From Candidatus Woesearchaeota archaeon (GTDB lineage Archaea > Nanobdellota > Nanobdellia > Woesearchaeales > GW2011-AR9), in the NCBI GenBank assembly GCA_018696595.1, contig JABHQW010000001.1:22428-86427 (forward strand): a stretch of 64,000 bases of DNA, in the 5' to 3' direction. Of this stretch, positions 1 through 7,188 are shown piece after piece. Position numbers and translations under genes: made by a program. The notes below the pieces were generated by a model, which ran no database searches, was not told where the DNA came from, and saw nothing but the letters and a program-made list of their open reading frames with translations. Each line of letters begins with the position of its first letter. Position 1 is the first letter of the stretch.

Positions 1-198
1 TCCAGCCTGATCCTGATATTCTCTTTCTGAAAGTAAACAGTATGTGGAAGAGATTAAATCATCTAATGTAACTTCTTTTTCTGAGATTTCATGAGTGGCG
101 CCATAGTTATTAATGGGAACATGTTGCATTGGCACACAAGCTGTTCCTGTTCCCACCAATAATGTTGCGGCTGCAATTAAGTTAACAAGTTTATTCAT
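1..198 (-). CDS. Putative secreted/lipoprotein-like hypothetical protein, truncated at window edge
   Basis: Manual translation MNKLVNLIAAATLLVGTGTACVPMQH..., open to position 1; GGTGA RBS at 204-208; signal-like N-terminus ending in Cys. Confidence 0.65.
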   Translation of the reverse strand, partial: MNKLVNLIAAATLLVGTGTACVPMQHVPINNYGATHEISEKEVTLDDLISSTYCLLSEREYQDQAG

Positions 199-229
199 TC
201 ATATCACCTTTAGCGAGTTTTTTTGATTC

Positions 230-340
230 TCAAAAATGGAAATGGTTTGTATACGGGGCACGGCGGACATCGTACTCCCTTAGAGTACCCGCCTCAGCAA
301 GCTAGGGCCCCCGTATACAACTAACACCCATTTTTTGATT
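230..340 (-). ncRNA. Structured intergenic element, motif family A copy 1 (core 249-318)
   Basis: Stem GTATACGG/CCGTATAC encloses GCC..GA-GGCG..CGCC-GTGCC with inner hairpin GTACTC/GAGTAC; imperfect inverted repeat extends to about 230-340. Confidence 0.55.
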
Positions 341-376
341 TGATTTTAATGGTGGATTAACATCCAAACTTTAGTT

Positions 377-895
377 TTAATCAGTTTCATTCTTATTCAG
401 GATCCCCACCAGTCCACGGTATTGTGGATCATCGTTTTCTTTTTTTGAACGTAAAATGTTGGAGAGGGTGGAAGAATAACAAGCAGTAGCTAAACCGGCC
501 ATAACTGTGCCCATCTGATTATCACCAAGAAAATAATATCCTGCTGAAAGACAAGCCGCCAGTGTTCCGGCTACTGGTTGAAACTTCTTGATAACTTCCA
601 CGGAATCTTGGTTAGAATATCTGTCACCCATAATTGCACTCATTCCGGAAACAGCTAAACCCAATCCCAAAAAAATGTTGTAGGGAAAAGTTTCACAGGC
701 AGCTAAAGCAACTGTAAATCCCCCAGCAGCAGCAAGATCTGAATAGACTGCTAATCGTTCATACTTTCTATCTTGGACAGCTGTAATTTCTTCTAAGGAA
801 ACAAGCTCCTCTTTTTTATCTGGTTTTTCTTTCCACCCCAATTTCCAAATAGAACTTCCCCTTTTAGCGAGATTTTGATGAGGAAGCACCCTCAT
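377..895 (-). CDS. Hypothetical membrane protein
   Basis: 172 aa ORF with about four hydrophobic segments. Confidence 0.6.
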   Translation of the reverse strand: MRVLPHQNLAKRGSSIWKLGWKEKPDKKEELVSLEEITAVQDRKYERLAVYSDLAAAGGFTVALAACETFPYNIFLGLGLAVSGMSAIMGDRYSNQDSVEVIKKFQPVAGTLAACLSAGYYFLGDNQMGTVMAGLATACYSSTLSNILRSKKENDDPQYRGLVGILNKNETD

Positions 896-1081
896 TTTTT
901 TTGTTTACACTTCTGACTTACATTAATGTGAATAGTGTAATATAATGATAAACATGTCGAGAAGATTTTTTATCGATTTGCAGTTTTAAGTTTGAGAAAG
1001 TTTTGCTAGAATAATTCTTAGTTATAAAATGCTAAACATAATTGAGAAAAAAGTTTCTTAATAAAATGAAAGAAAAAAATA

Positions 1082-1843
1082 CTAATTTTTTACAAAGATA
1101 TATCTGTCAGCTACTCTTCTATCAGGCATACCTTCTCGCATTACTTCTCTATATGCTGCCCATTTTTTTTCAAATGAATCATTTGGATCTGCTCTTAGAA
1201 CACCTTGATCAACATACGAAAGAACTAGATCCCTAGTAAATTTAAATTCAGTTGGTTTTAGTCTTTCAAATTCAGCAGCGTCTTTCATAGGTTGAAATAA
1301 ATCTTCTAAATTTCTAGAAACGACAACCCTATTATCATTCTTTCTTCGATCTTTTTCAACAAAATCTATTGATCCCCATAAGGTAAACTGGTTAGGTTGT
1401 TCGTACATTTCAGATGCATTCCCGTGATAATCATTTGCCAAAATATATCCTCCAGGTTTTAAATGTCTAGAAGCCCATTCTGTTGGAATTGCCGGATTTA
1501 ATAAAATCAATAAATCATGTAAATCTTGAGGAGAATATGTTTTAATATCTTGCTTTAATGCTTGAAATCCTGCTTCTTGAAGTTTTTTTACACAACCTTC
1601 ACTTCCTTTCTCAATGTCTACAAAGGTAACATCATCAAAAACTTTTACAGGACTTGCATCAAATCCACAAGAAGGATATAAAACAGATTGAGGATTAAAA
1701 ACTTGATTACAAAAAGCAGTATATATTGTTATCAGATCATCTGAAAAGTATATTTGAGGTTCTTCTCTAGGGGTATCATCATTATCTGCAGGAAATTCAA
1801 AATCATCTGGAAATCCTTCAAAGTCATCATTATTATCTGTCAT
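1082..1843 (-). CDS. Hypothetical protein, possible class I SAM-dependent methyltransferase fold
   Basis: VLYPSCGFD resembles motif I, followed by acidic VTFVDIE; acidic N-terminal tail. Confidence 0.45.
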   Translation of the reverse strand: MTDNNDDFEGFPDDFEFPADNDDTPREEPQIYFSDDLITIYTAFCNQVFNPQSVLYPSCGFDASPVKVFDDVTFVDIEKGSEGCVKKLQEAGFQALKQDIKTYSPQDLHDLLILLNPAIPTEWASRHLKPGGYILANDYHGNASEMYEQPNQFTLWGSIDFVEKDRRKNDNRVVVSRNLEDLFQPMKDAAEFERLKPTEFKFTRDLVLSYVDQGVLRADPNDSFEKKWAAYREVMREGMPDRRVADRYIFVKN

Positions 1844-1990
1844 GTTAGTGTTTGATTTTATTGCCTTTATAAATTTTGTGGTCGTTACTACTCTCTTGTG
1901 AATATTAACTAAGCAGTCATTTCATAATACCACTAAGTTGACAATTTTTAAACCAAAAATCTTAAAAAACAATCTGGTAAAAGTACAACT

Positions 1991-2452
1991 ATGACAAATA
2001 ACTTAACACCGCTCTGCCAAATCAACGGCGGATGTATGGGCTGCTGTGGGCATGACTTCATCTCTAGAGAAAAAATCAAAGAAGCGATTAGATTGAACAC
2101 CTTAGAATTTGAAAACAAAAGCCCCAGAGTTAAAGCACAGTTTCTTGCATTTAGAGATCGTGAACACCCCTCTAACTTAAGACACGGAGTTTGTAGAAAT
2201 CTGATTGAAAAGAATGGGAATATTTTTTGTCCATTACATCCAACCCTACACAATTCAGATTTAAGAGAAAATCATTGTGATATCAAGCATCTTTGTGGTA
2301 CTGCTAAGAAGTATGCTGAATGGGATAAAGAGAAACAAGAAAAGTTTTTAGAGTTTGTTAAAAGTAAAAATATTGATAATCTGGAATATTCTATGCAGAT
2401 GGATAACGGAACTTTGTTAGAGGAATTCGAGAGATTATTCTTTTCTTTCTAA
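1991..2452 (+). CDS. YkgJ/UPF0153-like cysteine-cluster (Fe-S or Zn) protein
   Basis: CxxxxGCxGCC, later C...CPLHP...C...C pattern. Confidence 0.6.
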   Translation: MTNNLTPLCQINGGCMGCCGHDFISREKIKEAIRLNTLEFENKSPRVKAQFLAFRDREHPSNLRHGVCRNLIEKNGNIFCPLHPTLHNSDLRENHCDIKHLCGTAKKYAEWDKEKQEKFLEFVKSKNIDNLEYSMQMDNGTLLEEFERLFFSF

Positions 2453-2920
2453 TTTTTTCGTGGGGCTGAATGAGCTTGTGAATGAACGCCGTACATCGCT
2501 CCCAGTTCGCGAAAGAACTGTTAGAGGAATTTGAAAGTCAAACTTTCTAAGTAAGATTAAAGAGATAATTATTACTGCCACCGAAAACATCAATCCAAAT
2601 ATTAATAAGAAATTCCAAATCCAAGAAGAAGTGGTTTCTGTTAATACTAAAATCAAACTAATGATAAAAATAATTGATTGAGTTATTAAATAAAAATAAG
2701 GCAAAGCATGTGCCAGGTCATCAACTCTATGATGGTGGAAAAAAGAAATTGCTTGAATATTAAATACATAGAATAGAATTATCAAAACAATCATTCCGTG
2801 AGTTAACAGATTATCTACTCGAAACAATCCCAATAAATTATCAAGAATTCCTAAGATACCAAAGGTTAGGGCTAAGTATAAATAGATTCTAAGGAAACCT
2901 CTTTTTGATGTTGTTGCCAA
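2435..2920 (-). CDS. Hypothetical membrane protein
   Basis: Four hydrophobic helices; TTG start uncertain. Confidence 0.55.
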   Translation of the reverse strand: MATTSKRGFLRIYLYLALTFGILGILDNLLGLFRVDNLLTHGMIVLIILFYVFNIQAISFFHHHRVDDLAHALPYFYLITQSIIFIISLILVLTETTSSWIWNFLLIFGLMFSVAVIIISLILLRKFDFQIPLTVLSRTGSDVRRSFTSSFSPTKKLERKE

Positions 2921-3004
2921 ACGTTAATACCTCACTACGAGTTCAAAAAGACGCCAAAAATTTATAAAATTTTTATTGTCTTTTTTGATGTCATGATAAT
3001 AAAG

Positions 3005-3232
3005 TGGGCCTACAGGGACTTTCAAATCTCCAGGAAGATTTGTAGTCTCCTAAAGGATATTTGAACCCTGATCAACCGGTATCAACCCAAACTCTTCTTA
3101 AATAATTTGACTGCAGGGAAAATCCTGTTTTGATCAAACTTTTTTTAAAAATTTGGTCCGAAGCCGGCCGCACTTTTTGGCTAGCGCCTAAACTTTGTCT
3201 GACGCCAAGTATCCAGGTTATGCTATAGGCCC
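3005..3232 (-). tRNA. tRNA-Arg(TCG) with three introns (about 20/21: 3175-3210; 37/38: 3081-3157; 59/60: 3019-3059)
   Basis: Removing 36+77+41 nt gives a 74-nt cloverleaf: acceptor GGGCCTA/TAGGCCC, anticodon arm GCCGG-CT-TCG-GA-CCGGT, T arm CAGGG-TTCAAAT-CCCTG. Confidence 0.9.
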
Positions 3233-3276
3233 ACAATAAAAGGATAAAAGAAGAAGGTATTTTTAAAGTTATTGTC

Positions 3277-3927
3277 TTATTCAGTAATGTGTGGATTTCT
3301 TAACTGATAAAACTTGTGTTCTTCATGTTTGATCACTCCATTTAAATAACCTATTTCAACCAATCCATCACAAACTTTTTCTAAACATTCTAAGGGAAGA
3401 CGTTCATCAAAAGAAAATAAAGTTTCAACAGGAAAACCCGATTGTTCATCTCCATTTAAAATAGAATGGGGAATGTTTTCTTCAACCAACTTTTGCACAT
3501 AAACAGATCTCATAATAGATTCAACTTTAGTCCAAAAAAGAGCCCCATTTTTCCAAAGTACCTTACAACCTGTTCTATCAGCAACTTGACGGTCACGAGG
3601 AGAAATATTTCCAGTAATATATCTAAAATTTATTTGTCTTTCATTTTTACGAAATAAAACCCCCATTTGTTCAGGAGCTAAAGATTCTGTACTACCTTCT
3701 TCTAAATAACCAGAAGCGTCAGGAAGCCTCATGTCTGAAAATCCCCCCCTAGGGAAATTTCCTGTCGAGGATAAGTAAAGTAAAGCGTCTTTTCCTTTAG
3801 TAAAAGATTTATAAGATAATTCTAATAAATCGGCTTTTGCTTCTAATAATTCCAAGATACATTCCTGATCGTCCAAAAACATTAAATCAATTCCTCTCCT
3901 AGCCATGTTTCTATTATGAAGTGACAA
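3277..3927 (-). CDS. Response-regulator receiver domain protein with possible C-terminal winged helix
   Basis: FLDD acidic pocket, SDMRLPD phospho-Asp motif, ITG and downstream Lys. Confidence 0.6.
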   Translation of the reverse strand: MSLHNRNMARRGIDLMFLDDQECILELLEAKADLLELSYKSFTKGKDALLYLSSTGNFPRGGFSDMRLPDASGYLEEGSTESLAPEQMGVLFRKNERQINFRYITGNISPRDRQVADRTGCKVLWKNGALFWTKVESIMRSVYVQKLVEENIPHSILNGDEQSGFPVETLFSFDERLPLECLEKVCDGLVEIGYLNGVIKHEEHKFYQLRNPHITE

Positions 3928-3989
3928 TTGATATTTAAATGTTTCCAGCCAAAAAGTTAATAAATGAAGTAAATAAAAGTAGGATTATT

Positions 3990-4144
3990 GCCCCGGTGGC
4001 CTAGTGGCTATGGCACCTGACTTGTAGCCAACTATCTACTATGTTTACAATAGTAAAGAAAGCATGGTAAGATATCAGGAGATCGCGAGTTCAACTTCCG
4101 TTAGGGAGTTACAATCCCATGGATTGAAAGTCTCGCTCGGGGCT
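3990..4144 (+). tRNA. tRNA-Thr(TGT) with two introns (37/38: 4027-4073; 59/60: 4096-4130)
   Basis: Acceptor GCCCCGG/TCGGGGC, CCTGA-CT-TGT-AA-TCAGG after splicing; clean BHB at 37/38 (CTTG/TAAG helix, CCA/TGG); 73 nt mature. Confidence 0.92.
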
Positions 4145-4173
4145 CTTTTTTCTTTTGTTACTCTAAAGTAATG

Positions 4174-4195
4174 AAATAAACGAAAGATTTATAAA
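4174..4195 (+). promoter_or_regulatory. BRE-TATA promoter of the ORFan cluster
   Basis: AAATAAACGAAAGATTTATAAA, 21/22 identical to 9432-9453. Confidence 0.6.
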
Positions 4196-4245
4196 TCAAA
4201 TTTGTTTCTAGATCATATCACACTAATTATGAGGAAAATAATAAA

Positions 4246-4728
4246 ATGACAGATACAGGAATGGAATTAACACAATCGCATGAACATGCATTAGAAACTG
4301 CAGTTCACCAATTTGGAATTGATTTAGTACCAATTGGTAGAGCTTATATAGATAGTTTAAATCACGAAGATTTTAGAGAAAGCGGAGTTTATGTTCTTTT
4401 TAGACCATTAGATGTAAATCCAGAATTGGGAGATTATAAAGAAAGGTTAGAAATGCTTACTAGAACTTATCTTCCTGGAGCTACAGAAGAATTTTTACAA
4501 TTAGAAACTGATCGAAGAGAACTTTCTACTCAGTTAACTACAAGTAGAATGGGACTTAATAAACGAGAAATTGCTGATTATGAAAAAAGATTTCCTTTAG
4601 GTAAAAGCCGAGGTTATGAAGTTTTTGTAAAAGGCGGAAGAGGAAGTATTGACGTTTTAGCATTAAGAGAAACTAATACTATCCACACAGCAGAAATGAA
4701 AGATCATGATTTAGTTCCTTACGAATAG
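4246..4728 (+). CDS. Hypothetical protein
   Basis: 160 aa ORF with GAGG RBS; first gene of a co-oriented cluster. Confidence 0.65.
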   Translation: MTDTGMELTQSHEHALETAVHQFGIDLVPIGRAYIDSLNHEDFRESGVYVLFRPLDVNPELGDYKERLEMLTRTYLPGATEEFLQLETDRRELSTQLTTSRMGLNKREIADYEKRFPLGKSRGYEVFVKGGRGSIDVLALRETNTIHTAEMKDHDLVPYE

Positions 4729-4740
4729 AGGTAAAATAAA

Positions 4741-4980
4741 ATGAGAAGAATGATTACTGATAAAAAGCGTGAAGAAGATTTAGCTAATGAAGTTATAGAA
4801 GATTTGGAACATTGGACAAATCCATATAATGGTGCAGTTAATTCAAGTACAACTTATCAACAACTAGGCGTTGGATTTTTTGCTGCTGAACCAGACTCAC
4901 AAGAATTATTGGATCAAGGATTTAATAATCGTGTTGATGGCTCATATTTTAGAAATAATCGAATTGAAGAGGATGAATAA
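4741..4980 (+). CDS. Hypothetical small acidic protein
   Basis: 79 aa ORF, GAGGT RBS, tight spacing. Confidence 0.55.
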   Translation: MRRMITDKKREEDLANEVIEDLEHWTNPYNGAVNSSTTYQQLGVGFFAAEPDSQELLDQGFNNRVDGSYFRNNRIEEDE

Positions 4981-4981
4981 A

Positions 4982-5416
4982 ATGAAAATATTAGAAAAAA
5001 TTGTTAATGCAGGAAAATACATTGCAGGAACCGCTAGTCTTTTAGCTATGGCCAGCGGATGTGCAACTACTACAACTTATGATGTAAACCAATTCTGTGG
5101 AAAAATGCCATTTCAAGATGGAACAGTAAAAGAAGCCGTAAAGAGAGTTGATGACCGAGGTATTGAGATATCATATTTAAGAGTAGAAAATGATTCAGAA
5201 ATATTTGAAAAGATGGATTATGATGGAGATGGATTTTCTGAAACTCAAGTTTATAGGAAAACTCACTCAGATGGTTCAAAAACTTTTGTAAGATGTGCAA
5301 ATGATGAAGGAGTTTTGAATGGTCAAGTAACAAAAAAAGGAGCTTGGACTTTAAGTCAAACTGAAAAGAATGCCGCAGGAGAAATAGTTAAAGAAGATTA
5401 TCAAATTGCTAGATAA
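4982..5416 (+). CDS. Putative lipoprotein
   Basis: Start moved to ATG 4982 (MKILEKIV...); lipobox-like LLAMASGC. Confidence 0.6.
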   Translation: MKILEKIVNAGKYIAGTASLLAMASGCATTTTYDVNQFCGKMPFQDGTVKEAVKRVDDRGIEISYLRVENDSEIFEKMDYDGDGFSETQVYRKTHSDGSKTFVRCANDEGVLNGQVTKKGAWTLSQTEKNAAGEIVKEDYQIAR

Positions 5417-5417
5417 A

Positions 5418-5600
5418 ATGACAGGAATCAAATACCAAAAACCAGTACTTGAAACAAGACCATTATTTGAACCTTCTGGGCAAGTTGATTTAGATGCTTT
5501 TTATATTGCGGCGAAAGTTATTGATGAAAAGAAATATGTTAAGATGTATCAAAGAGAATTAAAAGCAGTAATGGCAGATAAATTAAATAAAGAGGAATAA
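5418..5600 (+). CDS. Hypothetical small protein
   Basis: ATG 1 nt after the upstream stop; 60 aa. Confidence 0.5.
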   Translation: MTGIKYQKPVLETRPLFEPSGQVDLDAFYIAAKVIDEKKYVKMYQRELKAVMADKLNKEE

Positions 5601-5603
5601 AAA

Positions 5604-6245
5604 ATGACATACCAAATACATGATGTTAACACAATAAAAGCTCGCTTCGGAGAATCAGCAGAAGCATTTGAACAAGGACTTAATTTTCAACATTCAGATT
5701 CAATTTTCTTGAGAGTAAAACAAAGGTCAGTAAATCCAGAAGAGATGGACTGTAGTTTAGAAGGAATGGACTTACTAATCTCTGGAAACCATTATGAAGC
5801 AGAAGAGGGTGAACTTGTTGAGTTAGATTATGAGAATGAAACTTGGCACAAACCAGTTCAAGGGCAGAAAGTAGAAGTTCCTTTTAAGGGTACAGTACAA
5901 GTAACCCATCTTGGAGAAGATTCTGTTCGTCCCCCATTTCAGATAAAGGAAGGAGAATTTGATTATAGTAAAACCACATTTTTATTTCAAAGAGAAGATT
6001 GCCCTGATTTATATTTCTTAGGAGACTCTTTGAGAGGAGCTTACGGAACAGTTGGCTTAAGTCAAGAAATTGTGGATGAATTAAGTAAAGAAAATGCATT
6101 ATACAAAGTTCTTACAGAAGAACCAATAACATTAGGCCCAAAACAAACATTAATAGTGCCTCACGAAGGAATTGTTAGAGTTAGTTTAGAAGCAAGATTA
6201 AATGATCCAGATAAAGAAGTTGTTGTTAAAGGTTCAGGGATTTAA
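5604..6245 (+). CDS. Hypothetical acidic protein
   Basis: 213 aa ORF with GAGG RBS. Confidence 0.65.
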   Translation: MTYQIHDVNTIKARFGESAEAFEQGLNFQHSDSIFLRVKQRSVNPEEMDCSLEGMDLLISGNHYEAEEGELVELDYENETWHKPVQGQKVEVPFKGTVQVTHLGEDSVRPPFQIKEGEFDYSKTTFLFQREDCPDLYFLGDSLRGAYGTVGLSQEIVDELSKENALYKVLTEEPITLGPKQTLIVPHEGIVRVSLEARLNDPDKEVVVKGSGI

Positions 6246-6349
6246 TTTTAATTTTCTTTCTCTTTTTTTCCGCAATATTTATATATATAACAACTATTTT
6301 CAACATAAAATAATGATAGATGTGATAAAGCATTCTGAAGGTGTTTAAT

Positions 6350-6985
6350 ATGAATGAACAATTAAAAACTGGTACTACTACGGTAGGAATTGTATGTAAA
6401 GACGGAATTGTTTTAGCGGCTGATAAAAGAGCAACCGCAGGAACAATGATCGTGGACAAAAGAGCAGACAAAGTACACATAATCAATGACGATTTTGCTG
6501 TAACTTGGGCTGGGACTGTTTCAGATGCGCAATTAGTAACTAAGTTACTAAAAGCAGAACTAAAACTGAAAGAAGTTAAAACTAACAAAAGACCAACTGC
6601 AAAAGAAGCAGCTAATTTATTGGGTGGATTATTATATTCAAGTATTAGAAGGCCAAGCATGATTCCAAGCATTGCTCATTTTTTGATGGGTGGAAAAGAT
6701 ACAAGTGGGATTCATCTTTACGATTTATTCCCTGATGGCAGTGTAACAAAAATAACCGACTTTGTATCTTCGGGATCTGGAAGTGTATTCGCTTTAGGAG
6801 TATTAGAAACACAATACACTCAAGATATGACTACAGAGAAAGGTGTTGAATTAGTAGTAAAAGCTATCAATACCGCCTTACAGAGGGATTCCTGTTCTGG
6901 AAACGGAATTGACGTAGTTGTAGTTAAGATGGAAGACATCAAGAAGGTGATGCACAAAGAAATAAGTTACAGTTTATTAAATTAA
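6350..6985 (+). CDS. psmB: Proteasome beta subunit
   Basis: Propeptide MNEQLKTG then TTTVG; AADKRAT; SGSG; start moved to ATG 6350. Confidence 0.97.
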   Translation: MNEQLKTGTTTVGIVCKDGIVLAADKRATAGTMIVDKRADKVHIINDDFAVTWAGTVSDAQLVTKLLKAELKLKEVKTNKRPTAKEAANLLGGLLYSSIRRPSMIPSIAHFLMGGKDTSGIHLYDLFPDGSVTKITDFVSSGSGSVFALGVLETQYTQDMTTEKGVELVVKAINTALQRDSCSGNGIDVVVVKMEDIKKVMHKEISYSLLN

Positions 6986-6995
6986 ATTTTATCTT

Positions 6996-7023
6996 CATAA
7001 AAAGGCGCAAGTGCTTTTTTATG
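6996..7023 (+). terminator. Hairpin with T-tract after psmB
   Basis: CATAAAAAGGCGC-AA-GTGCTTTTTTATG inverted repeat. Confidence 0.4.
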
Positions 7024-7102
7024 ACTTTTTTCATATTCACTTTAAATATTCTTAAAAGAATTAAACAATGAGGACCCAATAAAATAAGGGTAAAATAAAA
7101 CA

Positions 7103-7188
7103 AAAATGGCAGACATAAAGAAAAATTTTCAATTTTTAAATGTCGGCCATTTGGAAAATAAATAAAAGGAAAATAAAATGGCAGATAT
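7103..7188 (+). promoter_or_regulatory. uORF (7106-7165, 19 aa) with alternative hairpins at the aCPSF1 start
   Basis: ATGTCGGCCATTT (7140-7152) is complementary to both AAATGGCAGACAT (7104-7116) and AAATGGCAGATAT (7176-7188). Confidence 0.45.

Noticed and set aside
245-280. GGCACGGCGGACATCG resembles the 5' end of archaeal 5S rRNA
   Set aside because: No 5S internal loops or length; the complementary CCGCC comes too early and the element fits family A on the other strand.
904-940. TTACACT..AGTGTAA hairpin upstream of ORF 377-895
   Set aside because: AT-rich single occurrence, compatible with chance.
860-3927. Similar N-termini LPHQNLAKRG (ORF 377-895) and LHNRNMARRG (ORF 3277-3927)
   Set aside because: Too short, no similarity beyond it; probably chance.
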